Below, one piece after another: positions 40,099 to 54,396 of a stretch of 64,000 bases of DNA. The stretch is from Octopus vulgaris (lineage: Eukaryota). Below the pieces are notes generated by a model. That model saw only the letters and a list, made by a program, of their open reading frames with translations. It did not search any database and had not been told where the DNA came from. The position numbers and the translations under genes are program-made. Position 1 is the first letter of the stretch; each line of letters starts with the position of its first letter. The stretch is taken from assembly GCA_951406725.2 (NCBI GenBank), contig OX597814.1, positions 5,828,001 through 5,892,000 on the forward strand, written 5' to 3'.

Positions 40099-40190
40099 TT
40101 ATTCCTACATACGAACGCAAGGAAGATTTCTTTGAAATGTTTGAACATTCTGCTGACGTCCTTCGGAACTATGATTTCAAAGTTGGCCTT
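40099..40190 (+). CDS. TXNDC16: TXNDC16-like exon 2
   Basis: Acceptor tttttttcttgcag, donor CTT|GTAAGT, phase 1 to 0. Translates (V)IPTYERKEDFFEMFEHSADVLRNYDFKVGL, resembling vertebrate TXNDC16 FLEELNEAVRPLQDYGISVAK as recalled. Confidence 0.88.
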
Positions 40191-40499
40191 GTAAGTGGAC
40201 TTCCTCTTGCCTTCATTAACAAACTAATTGTCATCCTACAAACGAGGAATATATCTGAAACAATTAGGTTTTGTCAATTTCGTTATTTTGTTTTTCTTCA
40301 TTGTTTGGTAAATCAGAATTTAAATGCAACGAAACATTCTGACATCTGTTACTCTCCTTTTCTCTCTTCCCATCATTAATCCCTGTTACTGTTACGCTTT
40401 GTAAACATTCATACCATTTTGAGCGAGTTTTGAGCCCACATTGAGTGCACTGGATGCAGGGGGATTTTTAAAGCAATTTTGGAGTTAAAAAAATAGATG

Positions 40500-40876
40500 T
40501 AATAATAATAATAATAATAATAAACATTGTGTACAGTGCTCAGGTGCACTACAACTCATCTAAAGTGTATGTAGTATAATCAGGTGTAGTTTCGACGGAT
40601 TTCGGAAAGCATGAGGGCCTTAAAGGATGCAGTGTCATGGCAGTCAACAACTGACGCAGGCAGTTTATTCCACGCTTCAGCAACTCTGAGCGTGAAAAAA
40701 TGTTTCCGAAAGTCATGGGAGCTGTGTTGTTTTCTGACTTTGTAGGCATGTCCACGTGTATTGGACACATGGAAATCAAAAAGGTGTTCAGTGTTGTTGT
40801 TATTGGTGAGGTGGTTGACAACTTTGTGGGCGTTACCAAGTCCGTCGCCAGACGCCGGAGCTTCAGTGAATCCATG
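40500..40876 (-). mobile_element. CR1-clade LINE 3' end (same family)
   Basis: Near-identical to 16543-16910. Confidence 0.88.
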
Positions 40877-41296
40877 TCTTATAGGCCATCAAATACGGTA
40901 ATTATTAGTGTGGCATCATAAGTGACTACATAGGCACAACAACCAATGACTTCAAGGGAAGATACACTCACTTCTTCAGGTGCAGGGACAGAGAAATCTG
41001 CATCTCTCCCTCTTCATTTGGGGATTCTAGGATCAAGGAAATGGCTTACTTAGCAACACATAAAGCATCACTAATAGGGCCCCATCTGAACCCATAATTA
41101 ACAACACTGCTTCCGTGAGAAACTGCATATAGTCCACCAGCCAACAGTATCCAACAATAGAAAGAAGTATCTATCTTATTGTTACCATCAGAGGTACACC
41201 CTGTTAATGAACTTCAAGCCTATGGCTACAGATATCCCAAAATGTGTTATATAAGGCCTAGTTGAGCCCTACACAGTAGCAGATATGCATTCCCTA

Positions 41297-41530
41297 AGGT
41301 GGCGAGCTGGCAGAAATGTTAGCATGCTGGGCAAAATGCTTAGCGGTATTTTGTCTGCCACTGTGTTCTGAGTTCAAATTCTGCCGAGGTTGACTTTGCC
41401 TTTCATCCTTTTGGGGTCGATTAAATAAGTACCAGTTACACACTGAGGTCGTTGTAATCAACTTAATCTGTTTGTCTGTCCTAGTTTGTCCCCCCTGTGT
41501 GTAGCCCCCTGTGGGTAATAAAGAAATAAG
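41297..41530 (+). mobile_element. SINE family C
   Basis: Copy of 18982-19215. Confidence 0.82.
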
Positions 41531-42301
41531 ATATACATTCCCTGCTGTCCCTGGAGATTACATCTATCCATCTTGGAACTCCTTTGTTGACTGACATCCT
41601 CAAGTAATAACTGTGGTCTCTAAAATGAAGCTGCAAAATGAAGAGGAATTGACTGACGCTAGCATCTTGTCTGGGTGGCCATGGGTGCTGTGGTCAATCG
41701 GGAAAGCTGGTGTTATTGAATGTATTGTTCCAGAACATTGATTAAGCAGCACCAAAATCTTGTGGATTTAACAATAAAACAACTGATGTTACTATGGCAG
41801 CAGAAACAATACACACACACACACACACACACACACATGCTTACATATTATGTGTATAACTTAACTTAGAATAACTTAGAAAGGTTTTGGCCAGTATTGG
41901 CCCAGGCCATGTCTAACTTAATAGCACCACCTGGCGAAGTCTTTCAATTCAGGATTTGGGCACCAAGGCCCATTCGAGCAGAGAGTTATTGTTTGAGAAG
42001 ACATATCCGGGTGTGGGTGGTTTGTCCGGGACTGTTTGAAGGAAATTGTCCAAAGTATATTTTAAAAGCCAAATTAATAGACACAACTGCAAGTAAAATT
42101 ATCAACAAATACACCAGATGCACTTAAATACTGCATACACACACGTGTGCATGCACACACACACACACACATTTCTACCATTATTGTTATTTATCATATT
42201 CTAAACTAAAATATTTCTGCTGTTATTACTATTTAAAAATTTGATGTTTCCCTTTCTTCTAATTTTAATTAAATAAAATCGTTTCTTATTCATCTTCCAA
42301 G

Positions 42302-42372
42302 ATTGATTGTTCCACTGTCAAAGACATCGAGTGCAATGAACCAAAAGTGAACTCAAAGGTATTTTTATACAA
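42302..42372 (+). CDS. TXNDC16: TXNDC16-like exon 3
   Basis: Acceptor tcatcttccaag, donor AA|GTTAGT, phase 0 to 2. Translates IDCSTVKDIECNEPKVNSKVFLY(N), a Cys pair in the position of the first ERp90 Cys motif. Confidence 0.82.
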
Positions 42373-42447
42373 GTTAGTATTCACTGTTAATATGTAATCT
42401 AAATATCTGACTGGATTTTGTGTCTGTGACAATCGTGTGTCTATATA

Positions 42448-42853
42448 TACTCTTTTTACTCTTTTACTTGTTTCAGTCATTTGACTGCGGCTATGCTGGA
42501 GCATCGCCTTTAGTCGAGCAACTCGACCCCGGGACTTATTCTTTGTAAGCCCAGTACTTATTCTATCGGTCTCTTTTTGCCGTTCCGCTAAGTGACGGGG
42601 ACGTAAACACACCAGCATCGGTTGTCAAGCAATGCTAGGGAGACAAACACAGACACACAAACACACACACATATATATATATATATACATATATACGACA
42701 GGGTTCTTTCAGTTTCCGTCTACCAAATCCACTCACAAGGCATTGGTCGGCCCGGGGCTATAGCAGAAGACACTTGCCCAAGATGCCACGCAGTGGGACT
42801 GAACCCAGAACCATGTGGCTGGTTAGCAAGCTACTTACCACACAGCCACTCCA
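42448..42853 (-). mobile_element. SINE family A
   Basis: Full-length reverse copy starting about 75 bp downstream of exon 3. Confidence 0.9.
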
Positions 42854-43795
42854 CAATAAGAAATCATTTTTGTCTCTTTTTATGGAACTGCAAAAAGGGT
42901 TTATAGGACTGCAAAAACGAAGGATCTCAAATGTAATTGAGACAGAAATAAAGAAACATCGATCATAAAACAGACATCAAATTCGAGTCTATGACTTTAT
43001 ATATAACACTCTTATCTCCAAACATTTTTTTTTTTTTGTTTGAGTTTCTTGTTCATCCTGATGAGGGGGTTATTGCCGAGATGCCCTTTAACTATAATCA
43101 AACCACAACAATTGAACTGCTGAAATGGTCACAGGTATGTTTGACGTAATTTTGTGGAACTCCTTTTGCTCCTGGACTCTAACTTACCATGGTTTTACGA
43201 ATTGAACTTTTTGGACGTACTCTTTTGAGTGAGGGGAGTAAAAATTTTTTTAGTCAATTCATATTTTATTTTATTTTAGTTTATTTAGAATTTTTAGTCA
43301 ATTGTATTTACCTTTTTGATAAGCCGTTCTATATATTTGTATTTTTATTCGCATAAATATTTTTTACCTTCTGTGTTTTTTTGTATATGTATATTTTTAT
43401 ATGTTTAAGAACCATGGTGATATTTATATATGATCAAATGTTTGGAGGTATGGTGCCATATTTAAAGTTGCTGACTTGAATTTGATGTTTTTTCTATGCT
43501 CACTGTTTCTTCCTATCTGATCTGGCAGTGTTTCTACAGCTGGATGCCCTTCCTAACGCCAACCACTCTGTGAGTGTGGTAGGTGCTTTTACGTGCCACT
43601 GGCACGAGAGCCAGTCAGGCAATCCTGGCAATGGCCATGCTCAAATGGTGTTTCTTCACATGCCAGTAAGGCAACACTGGTAACAATCACGCTCAAATGG
43701 TGCTTTTTACATGCCACCAGCATGTAAGCCAGTTAGCTGCTCTGGCAACGATCACACTCCGATGGTACTCTTAGCACTCCACTAGCATGGAGGCA

Positions 43796-43885
43796 CCTTC
43801 GGCAAGTGTCTTCTACTATAGCCTCAGGCCAACCAAAGCCCTGCGAGTGGATTTGGTAGATGGAAACTGAAAGAAGCCTGTCGTG

Positions 43886-43927
<42 letters not shown>

Positions 43928-44945
43928 CTTGTGTGTCTGTGTTTGTCCCCCACACCCCATCATCACTTGACAACCTGTATTTCATCATCATCATCATTGT
44001 TCGACCGTGGTCGAGACAATGGAATTTACCATGCTACGCCAGACTTCACGGTCCATCATGGCATTACGGAGGTCCTGTTGCTGGATGCCTGTATCCCTGG
44101 AGATTACATCAGGTTAGGAGAGTGTGCGCCCTCTGGTATTGCGAGTAGATGGCTTCCAGAGGAGAAGAGTAGAAATTGCCTCGTTTTCAGCTCTACAACA
44201 ATGTCCAGCAAACTGGACTCTCCTACCTTTCACAAGAGATGACACAGGTAGTAGTTTCCCATATAGTTGTACTTTGGTTGGATGACACCTCCACGAGAGA
44301 TTCTGAGCTCTCATAAGGAGGCGAGTATAGGTTCCATCCAACCGCCTCTCAAGCTTCTTTGATAACGTCCAGGTTTCTGAGCCATATAGTAGAATTGGTT
44401 CGACTGGCTTTGAAGATTTTAAGTTTGAAATCTCTACTTAGATTTGATGACCAGATCTTATGCATGTCATTACAGGCTGACCAGGCCATACCCTTTCTAG
44501 TTAGAAAATCTTTTCCAGATGATGATATGTATGACCCAAGATATTTGTAATCAGAAACCATATTTAAGGGCGCATTGTTGAGAGTATGGATGATGCAATC
44601 ACTGTTGGACTGGCACTTGTTTATATATTCAGTCTTGGCCTCATTGAGGTAAAGACCTACACAATTTGAGGCTTGTTCGAGAGATTGTAAAAGAGACTGG
44701 GCATTGGAGAGAGAATCACTGATAAAAGCGATGTCGCCAGCAAAGTCAGTGTCCGTCAAGTATTCAGCTGGGTGTCTGGAACTTCTTTTATTTATGTCCC
44801 TGTAACTTAGCAGCTCAGCAAAAGCGACCGATAGAATAAGTACTAGGCTTACAAAGAATAAGTCCTGGGGTCAGTTTGTTCAACTAAAAGTGGTGCTCCA
44901 GCATGGCTGCAGTCAAATGACTGAAACAAGTAGAAGAATAAGAGA
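43796..44945 (+). mobile_element. SINE family A split by a nested LINE fragment
   Basis: SINE middle at 43796-43975 and 3' half at ~44790-44945 flank the LINE fragment at 43982-44790. Confidence 0.75.
43982..44790 (-). mobile_element. Second RTE-group LINE, 3' fragment
   Basis: TDTDFAGDIAF (decayed FADD), GLYLNEAKTE, DYKYLGS and RRVQFAGHC motifs, with a (GAT)n tail. Confidence 0.82.
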
Positions 44946-45113
44946 ATACCAATATACACATAGACATACGATATATGCCATGCGTACATGTGTGTGTGTG
45001 AGTGTATATAAAGAGAGAGGGTGAGAGAGAGAAGGAGAGAGAGGGTGAGTGGGATGTGTATATAGGAACGTTTAAACAAACAAACATGAAAATTCTTGTG
45101 TTTCTGATTCCAG

Positions 45114-45188
45114 TGGTGACGAAATATGGGCCGATGTCCCCCTCGCTAACATGCTTGATGTGGATTCAGTAGTGTCCAATGCCTTGCT
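45114..45188 (+). CDS. TXNDC16: TXNDC16-like exon 4
   Basis: Acceptor tttctgattccag, donor CT|GTAAGT, phase 2 to 2. Translates GDEIWADVPLANMLDVDSVVSNAL(L), resembling TXNDC16 FPTDTLFDVNAIVAHVL. Confidence 0.88.
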
Positions 45189-45491
45189 GTAAGTATGATT
45201 TAGTTTACCATTTTTCTCTACATCTGGCGCCATTTTAACGGCATGTTCTGATTTTGATAATATCAACAGCTCCTTGTGCCTCAGGGGTGTTGGTAATCAC
45301 GCAACTGTAAAGTACAAACATTGGTGTATCAAGACAGCCAGGAATCACCGTTTATAGAAGAAGTTCACTTCACAGCTTTGGTTACTGAGATTCCGTCTCA
45401 GAACGCAATATTTTGAATAAAATTCTACTCTCATTGCTTCAGGTTGTAGGTAGCATTTTGCAGATGGAAACACTGTGGAAACCCATCTATT

Positions 45492-46468
<977 letters not shown>

Positions 46469-46764
46469 TATATATATATATATATATTATTAGTGAATTG
46501 AAGAAATGGAGTTGAACGAAGATTGAACAGAAATCGTTTTATTGCATTCTACACGTTCAATCTTTGTTCAACTCCATTTCTTCAATTCACTAATAATATC
46601 AAAATTCAATTATCCGCACCAACGCATGGTTGCAACACCATATGGTTGTACCTCCAACCGTACTGTCTTCTGCTGTGATTTTTGCTACCAAGGTATCGGT
46701 TAAACTTTAGATTAATCTGCAACAAGATTATTCATCTTTCTATTTCACAAAATACATACTGCTT

Positions 46765-47314
<550 letters not shown>

Positions 47315-49058
47315 TATATAAACAGAGATGGGCATAAGTACACTAATCTATTAATTGTTAATTAAGGAAGTTAACATTTTTGTTAACGATTTAACTTTTA
47401 AGTTAACTTTGAAAATCATTATTGGACTAATTAACTTCTGTTACATTTAGCTTCCATTAACTCAAGTCCATTAACCCCAAAATTTCATAAAAACCAGAAA
47501 ACGTTTACAAGTTTCTATTGTTTTCATATTGTCTTAGCATATTTAATATTGTACGGGTAATTCTTTTCAAACCCGATATAACGCCACTTATTATTATAAA
47601 TAACTTGTTGGACATCGTTTGGCCCTGCCTGGATTTGAAACCAAATTCATTTGCTTGTTATTACTTGCAAAGACAGCAGAAAATTTCTTTGTCCTGTCAA
47701 GAGGGAACAGTCCCCACCACCCCTCCCACCTTTCTTTTCCAGAAAAATGTGGTTTGTGGCAGGTTTGGAGGTCACATACGTTGAATGCATCCCAAAAAAA
47801 CTGTGGAAAAAATTATTCCGCACCAAGGTCTGAAATATTTACTGAAAGAATAAAATCTTGTACTCATTTTACCTATATTTTAATTAATTCAAATTAATGC
47901 ACTTCATCTTGAAGAATGGCAAAATTTTTGTCAGTTGCCATCTGAGATAATTTTAGTAACAAACCGAACAGGTAAGATGCATTAAGAATTTCAATTTTAG
48001 TGTTTATCCATAATCTTATTGCTTTTACACCTGTAAATTAAATTTACCTGCCCATAAACGTCAAATTTACTCAGTAAGATCAGTTAAAATTATATAACTA
48101 TAAACCAGTGTTATATAAAGCACCCACTGACAAAATTTCAAATCTGTAAGTAAAAAATGTACAAAGTTACCAGCAAATATTGTGGCCACCCCTCTTGAAC
48201 CTGAATAATTCAAAATAATGTGAACAAATAAGCATTACATTTGATGGATTAATATAAACCTTAAAGATGCTTTTAGGTGTGTTTTTTTCTTACACACACA
48301 TAACATGGCCTCACTCGGTTGGGGCTACATGTGTGTTGCTTTGACATCATCAGTCTGTAAGATTTGTTTATGGGGAGAAAAATATTGAAAAATATCAATA
48401 GATGTGTGAGTGAGAAAGAAACAAGGAGGTGGGGTTTGGGGATGTGCTAGAAACAACAGCCAGATCTCCCTTAAATCACACATTTTCCTCTGAAATTATT
48501 AACATTTTTTTTTTAATTGAAAATGTTTCTCTAACAGGTTTTAAGTGCTTAGTGAAAAAAAAAAGAAAAGGTCAAAATCGTTTCAGACTGGGGTAGTGAG
48601 GGGGTGGCAGGAATGAAAAAAAATTTCAAAATTTTTTATTGCAGTATGAAACAGTGTTTATGTATAAACAGACGACACTTATATATATAGTTATTATAAT
48701 AAGAGATTAATAAATGTATGCATCCGTTTAACCCTTTCATTACCAAGCCGCCCGAATTTACCTATTCATATTTAAATGAGAATATCAGAGCAAATCTCTT
48801 TAGTACATTCGTGAAAACACGTGTTATACTTCGTAAACACTTCAACTACAGTTTTGTACAAAAATCGAAGTGTAATTTTAATTCCGTGAATTATGGGAGA
48901 TTTTTTTACGAAATTTGTTCCTATTGTGTTTTCAAAATTTGTAATTCTGACAAAAAATGGATACGAATTTCATTATATCAAGCAGCGAGTCAGAATTCGA
49001 AGGATTTTCTACTGAAGACCTTCATAAATCTAACTCTATGACTGAAAAAAAAAAAGCA

Positions 49059-49456
49059 TCTTTATATAAGAGTGAAGTTGTGTGGTGTCTGTCTCCTACG
49101 ATTTAGATTCCTAACTACTCCCACATTTTGCGGTGCAGTTTAACCAAAAGCGGGTATCTTATAGTCGTGATTCATTTCGAGCCCTTCTGGGTATTAGCGT
49201 GCGTCTACGATGAGTCTACGATGTAAAAAAAATTTACCATCATATTTTTCCATTTTAATGCATTTTTTTCGCTTTTATATAAGGGAAGTAACTCTCTAAA
49301 AATATCTACGATGTGTCAACGATTTAAAAAAAAATTTACCTTAATTTTTTTCCAATTTTTAATGCATTTTTTTGCTATTTTTTGGCTATGACTCTCTAAA
49401 AATGCTTATATAGTTATTTCCCTTACAACCCGAGCAACGCCGAGCGATATTGCTAG
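49059..49456 (+). mobile_element. Non-autonomous Helitron family 1
   Basis: A|TCTTTATATA...CCCGAGCAACGCCGAGCGATATTGCTAG|T, homologous to 12612-12997. Confidence 0.82.
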
Positions 49457-49468
49457 TATATATATATA

Positions 49469-49900
49469 CAGGAGTGGCTGTGTGGTAAGTAACTTGCTTA
49501 CCAACCATATGGTTCTGGGTTCAGTCCCACTGCGTGGCACCTTGGGCAAGTATCTTCTACTATAGACTCGGGCCGACCAAAGCCTTGTGAGTGGATTTGG
49601 TAGACGGAAACTGAAAAGAAGCCCGTCGTATATATATATATGTATAAGTATATATGTGTGTGTGTGTGTGTGTATATGTTGTGTATCTGTGTTTGTCCCC
49701 CAACATCGATTGACAACCGATGCTGGTGTGTTTACGTCCCCGTAACTTAGTGGTTCGGCAAAAGAGACCAATAGAATAAGTACTAGGCTTACAAAGAATA
49801 AGTCCTGGGGCCGATTTGCTCGACTAAAGGCAGTGCTCCAGTATGGCCGCAGTCAAACTGACTGAAACAAGTAAAAGAGTAAAAGAGAGAGAGTAAAGAG
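49469..49900 (+). mobile_element. SINE family A
   Basis: Near full-length copy. Confidence 0.9.
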
Positions 49901-50124
49901 TATGTCGTTCAGAGATGAGATCCAGAGATTCTCCACAAAGAAGACACTTAGCAATGCACAAACCCTTAAAACTTAGTCTCTGATGTCTTTCCAGGGGATT
50001 GATTCCACAAGGTAAAGAAAGGCTTTAAGAGGGATCAGGTTGAGCGGGTATAGAGGCAATTATTTGGATAAGCGAGTTAGGTGTATGAAATATATGAAAT
50101 ATATTAAACACATCAGACACAAAA

Positions 50125-50480
50125 TCTCTATATGTATAAACAGCAAAATGTCTGTCTGTGTGTGTGTGTGTGTGTCCTTTATACAAATCCACAATTTTTC
50201 AGTTAGAGGGCTTGCACTTTCTATGGTCATTTAAAACCGTCCAAGGGTGGTCGGGCACATCTTTACATTTCCTCAGTCACCCCGCGAAGCCATTAAAAAA
50301 TCAATAGAAGTGGCTTTTTTGTGAAATTTCTATCCAAAACCCAATCAAAATACCTGAAACTTGATACGCCAATTGAATGCCAGCTAGCTGTATGGGATTG
50401 GTCGGAGATTTGGACAGTACTCACGTGTATGTGCGCATGCACTAGCACTATGACCCGGCATTGCTGGGTCATAGTGCTAG
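50125..50480 (+). mobile_element. Non-autonomous Helitron family 2
   Basis: A|TCTCTATATG 5' end, (TG)n, terminal hairpin and CTAG|T. Confidence 0.75.
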
Positions 50481-50967
50481 TATGTCATACATGCAAAACG
50501 AGAGAAAGCAAAAGGTGGAAACTCTCAGATGATGAAATTTTCAGTCTAAATATGAAGATCCATCAATGGGTCCAGCTTCCACAAACGACAGAGAAAATTA
50601 AAAGGAGTGGAAGAAAGGTGTTACAAGTGCAACAGCCGTTTCTGCTTGCTTGGGGATTCGTAATAATGTTGGCTGATGGAGCTCATCACAATATGCTGTT
50701 GTATGGATGCAAGGAGCATCGGATGAGATGATCCTGCTTCATCAGGGCAGAGAAGATCTTAATGCAGGGAAGTTCAAAGATGGAAGGATTAAATGTGGAG
50801 AGCAGGATGTATTCGAGGGGTAGCTGGTGGAGGGGGAGTATTAAGACTGGGAATGGTGAGATGGGGAAAAGAGGGTTCAGGGAGAGTGAGGGGTTAATAA
50901 TGAGGGTAATAATAAGGGAGATAGTAATCACTTGGCCCCTGTATTACTCTCTCTTTACTCTTTACTC

Positions 50968-53900
50968 TGTAACGAGCTTAGTTGTGTGTGACAAATCTTG
51001 TCTTGTACTTTCGGGGTACAAGAAAGCAAATCACTCACTAGCCGTTGCTTTAATAATCCAGAATTCTACTAGTCAGAAACAACAAGACGCAGACGTGAAA
51101 TATATATAACTACTTTATTCTCTTTCTTGGTAACAATAACAATAAGTGTGTTATCTGATGTCCTTGATTCTGGGCGCGCAAGGCTGAAAGTTAATAGATT
51201 GTAATATTTACAATGTCCAGCCGCTAAACCAGAAAGGGGTCAAGATGGTGTCGAACAGGGAAGTTGAATGTGGTCGGCAACAATTTGGTTAAAGGCATTC
51301 GGCCGACTGCTGCTATCAACCGGAGAGAATATATGCGTGACCGCCGCCTTCAATCGCTGGGTCCCAAGTCGCCGCTTGCTGCTGCTAGTGGTCAAACGTT
51401 CTACGACCCCCTTGCCTCGCTAACTACCACGATAGGCAAGCGGGTCGTGCTTCCGGTGGTTCGCGCATGCGCGAGAGGGCCCTTCCTTTCTCTGCCTTGG
51501 TAAAGGCACCAACACGCGCGAAATACAAATGGACGGTGCGCGAGCGCGCGCCGTTGTAGGATCACTACAGGCTCCCCTCCAGTGCGTACGCACGAAAGGA
51601 AACTTATTGTAGTGACTGCAAAACTCAAGGTGGACACCAGATAACCAAATAGCACACAATAATATAATGGCAAAAATTTATAACATACACAAGAAATTTA
51701 CTAAAGGAAAAAGAGAAAAAATACTCAATGAGCAAAAATCAAGAGTGCATGCATGAAAGTGTATACGTCACAAAGTATAGAGCCTTCCGCTGTAGGAAGC
51801 GGAGGGAAAGCAAAACTCACAGTCAATGAACCTAGGCGAAATTAAATCCAACTTCTCTAAAGGTGGTTAATCCTGCAAAATAGCAGTTAAATCAATTGCT
51901 GCAGGAGAGGAAATGGAATTGACAGAAGATCGCTAGTAACACAAAAGGCAAAAGTGCAAACATGCTGGTGTGATACGCGACACAGATAATTTTCTGTTAT
52001 TTACGTGACCAACAGTGGTCTAACAGGGAAAAATAATTACGCCTATAAATCGGCGCAGCGCATTTGAACATCCGACGTCTATGAGTCGGGAAAAGAATTA
52101 GGCTAACGCAAACGTGTTGCAAAAAACAAGGCAATACACGTGCGAAGCAAAAGGCGCATGAAATGCAATAGTGCTTGCCAGACCAAAAAACAGCAAGAAT
52201 ATGCCAGTGGTTAAGCGATTATATGCCTCGTTCGTACAGGAACAAAGGTATGACATGCTGGCGCGTTATAATGGATAAACAACCCTCTCTATGTATACGT
52301 GACCGCTAGGGTCTATAGAAATGAGGGGTGTCCACAAAAGGCAAATTTAGCATGGAAAAAACAAGCGAGAAAAGCATGTGTGACGTATGTATGTGAGAGA
52401 GAGCATTTATGTGTGTGTACGTGTGTGTGACAGAAATACATACAAGGTGAATGCGAGCAAAATATAAAAACAACGCATAGAAAAAATGTCTCTCGGGCTA
52501 TTCCAGACAATGGAATTAGTTTACCAGTCTATAATAGCCTGATGTACAATAGCAGTTCGTTCTGTAACAGAAATGTTGAAATCACAAAATGCAGATGCCG
52601 GTTGAACACATATCGTGTAGCGGTTGTGGCTTCAATGCTGTGACAGGTTAACTGGAACAGAAGAAATCTCGTAGAAAGTGCTGGGCTGTGAATTCTTGGT
52701 GTGCTAATGCACAAACGGCAAGTGGACCAAACTTCCGCGAGTTGCTATGTACATCTTGGTGGAGGTCGATGGTGTTGAAAGGCGATGTTGGTGGTGGAAG
52801 GCGACTGTAGTGGACTTGGGACAACATCGTTTTTAGTGATGATGGCGACGAAGATAGTGACGACGTGAAGTAGACAGATGACGATGATGATGACGAAGGT
52901 GGAGAAAAGGCATCGAATAGATGATGGCGTCCGTCATCATGGCTGTAGAATAAGAAAGAGGCTCCTTCTATAACGGTCCGAGAGGATGGAAACAAATCGT
53001 CGAAAGTTGAATGCGTAGAGTTAAATCGTGTTCCGACTTCGCAGAAAAACTGGATTTTTTTGTTGATAAGTGATCTCTGGTTTTAGACCAGAATCACGTC
53101 GGGGGTCACCACTGTAACGAGCTTAGTGTGTGTGAATATCTCTTGTGCACTTTTGGGGTGCACAAAGCAATCACTCACTAGCCGTTGCTTTAATAATCCA
53201 GAATCTCTGCCCGTCAGAAACAACAAAACGCAGACGTAAAATATATATTACTACTTTATTCTCTTTCTTGGTAACCATAACAATAAGTGTGTTATCTGAT
53301 GTCCTTGATTCTGGGCGCGCAAGGCTGAAAGTTAATAGATTGTAATATTTACAATGTCCAGCCGCTAAACCAGAAAGGGGTCAAGATCACGTCGGGGTCA
53401 CCACTGTAACGAGCTTAGTTGTGTGTGACAAATCTTGTCTTGTACTTTCGGGGTACAAGAAAGCAAATCACTCACTAGCCGTTGCTTTAATAATCCAGAA
53501 TTCTACTAGTCAGAAACAACAAGACGCAGACGTGAAATATATATAACTACTTTATTCTCTTTCTTGGTAACAATAACAATAAGTGTGTTATCTGATGTCC
53601 TTGATTCTGGGCGCGCAAGGCTGAAAGTTAATAGATTGTAATATTTACAATGTCCAGCCGCTAAACCAGAAAGGGGTCAAGATGGCGTCGAACAGGGAAG
53701 TTGAATGTGGTCGGCAACAATTTGGTTAAAGGCATTCGGCCGACTGCTGCTATCAACCGGAGAGAATATATGCGTGACCGCCGCCTTCAATCGCTGGGTC
53801 CCAAGTCGCCGCTTGCTGCTGCTAGTGGTCAAACGTTCTACGACCCCCTTGCCTCGCTAACTACCACGATAGGCAAGCGGGTCGTGCTTCCGGTGGTTCG

Positions 53901-53992
53901 CGCATGCGCGAGAGGGCCCTTCCTTTCTCTGCCAACACGCGCGAAATACAAATGGACGGTGCGCGAGCGCGCGCCGTTGTAGGATCACTACA
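50968..53992 (-). mobile_element. Young non-autonomous LTR retrotransposon (Gypsy-like, tRNA-Trp primed)
   Basis: LTRs at 53405-53992 and 50968-51569 have TG...CA ends and differ by a 14-bp indel and about 1 substitution. 4-bp TSD ACTC. PBS at 53386-53403 matches the tRNA-Trp 3' end ATCACGTCGGGGTCACCA. PPT at 51570-51582. The ~1.5 kb internal region has no recognisable pol. Confidence 0.9.
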
Positions 53993-54396
53993 ACTCTTCT
54001 ACTTGTTTCAGTCATTTGACTGCGGCCATGCTGGAGCACGGCCTTTAGTCGAGCAACTCGACCCCGGGACTTATTCTTTGTAAGCCCAGTACTTATTCAA
54101 TCGGTCTCTTTTGCTGAACCGCTAAGTGACGGAGACGTCAACACACCAGCATCGGTTGTCAAGCAATGCTAGGGGGACAAACACAGACACACAAACACAT
54201 ACACACACACACATATATATATATAAATATATACGACAGGGTTCTTTCAGTTTCCGTCTACCAAATCCACTCACAAGACTTTGGTCGGCCCGAGGCTATA
54301 GTAGAAGACACTTGCCCAAGATGCCACGCAGTGGGACTGAACCTGGAACCATGTGGTTGGTAAACAAGCTACTTACCACACACCCACTCCTGCGCC
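53993..54396 (-). mobile_element. SINE family A, tail interrupted by LTR element
   Basis: Reverse copy. The rest of its ACTCTTT tail lies at ~50944-50967 on the other side of the LTR element. Confidence 0.88.

Noticed and set aside
43058-43140. CTGATGA...GAAA hammerhead candidate
   Set aside because: The core is perfect, but I could not form convincing stems I and II.
52648-52995. ORF in the LTR internal region as gag
   Set aside because: Ser-rich, with no recognisable gag, protease, RT or integrase motif.
53386-53403. tRNA-Trp gene
   Set aside because: Only the 18-nt 3' end including CCA is present, adjacent to an LTR, so it is a primer-binding site.
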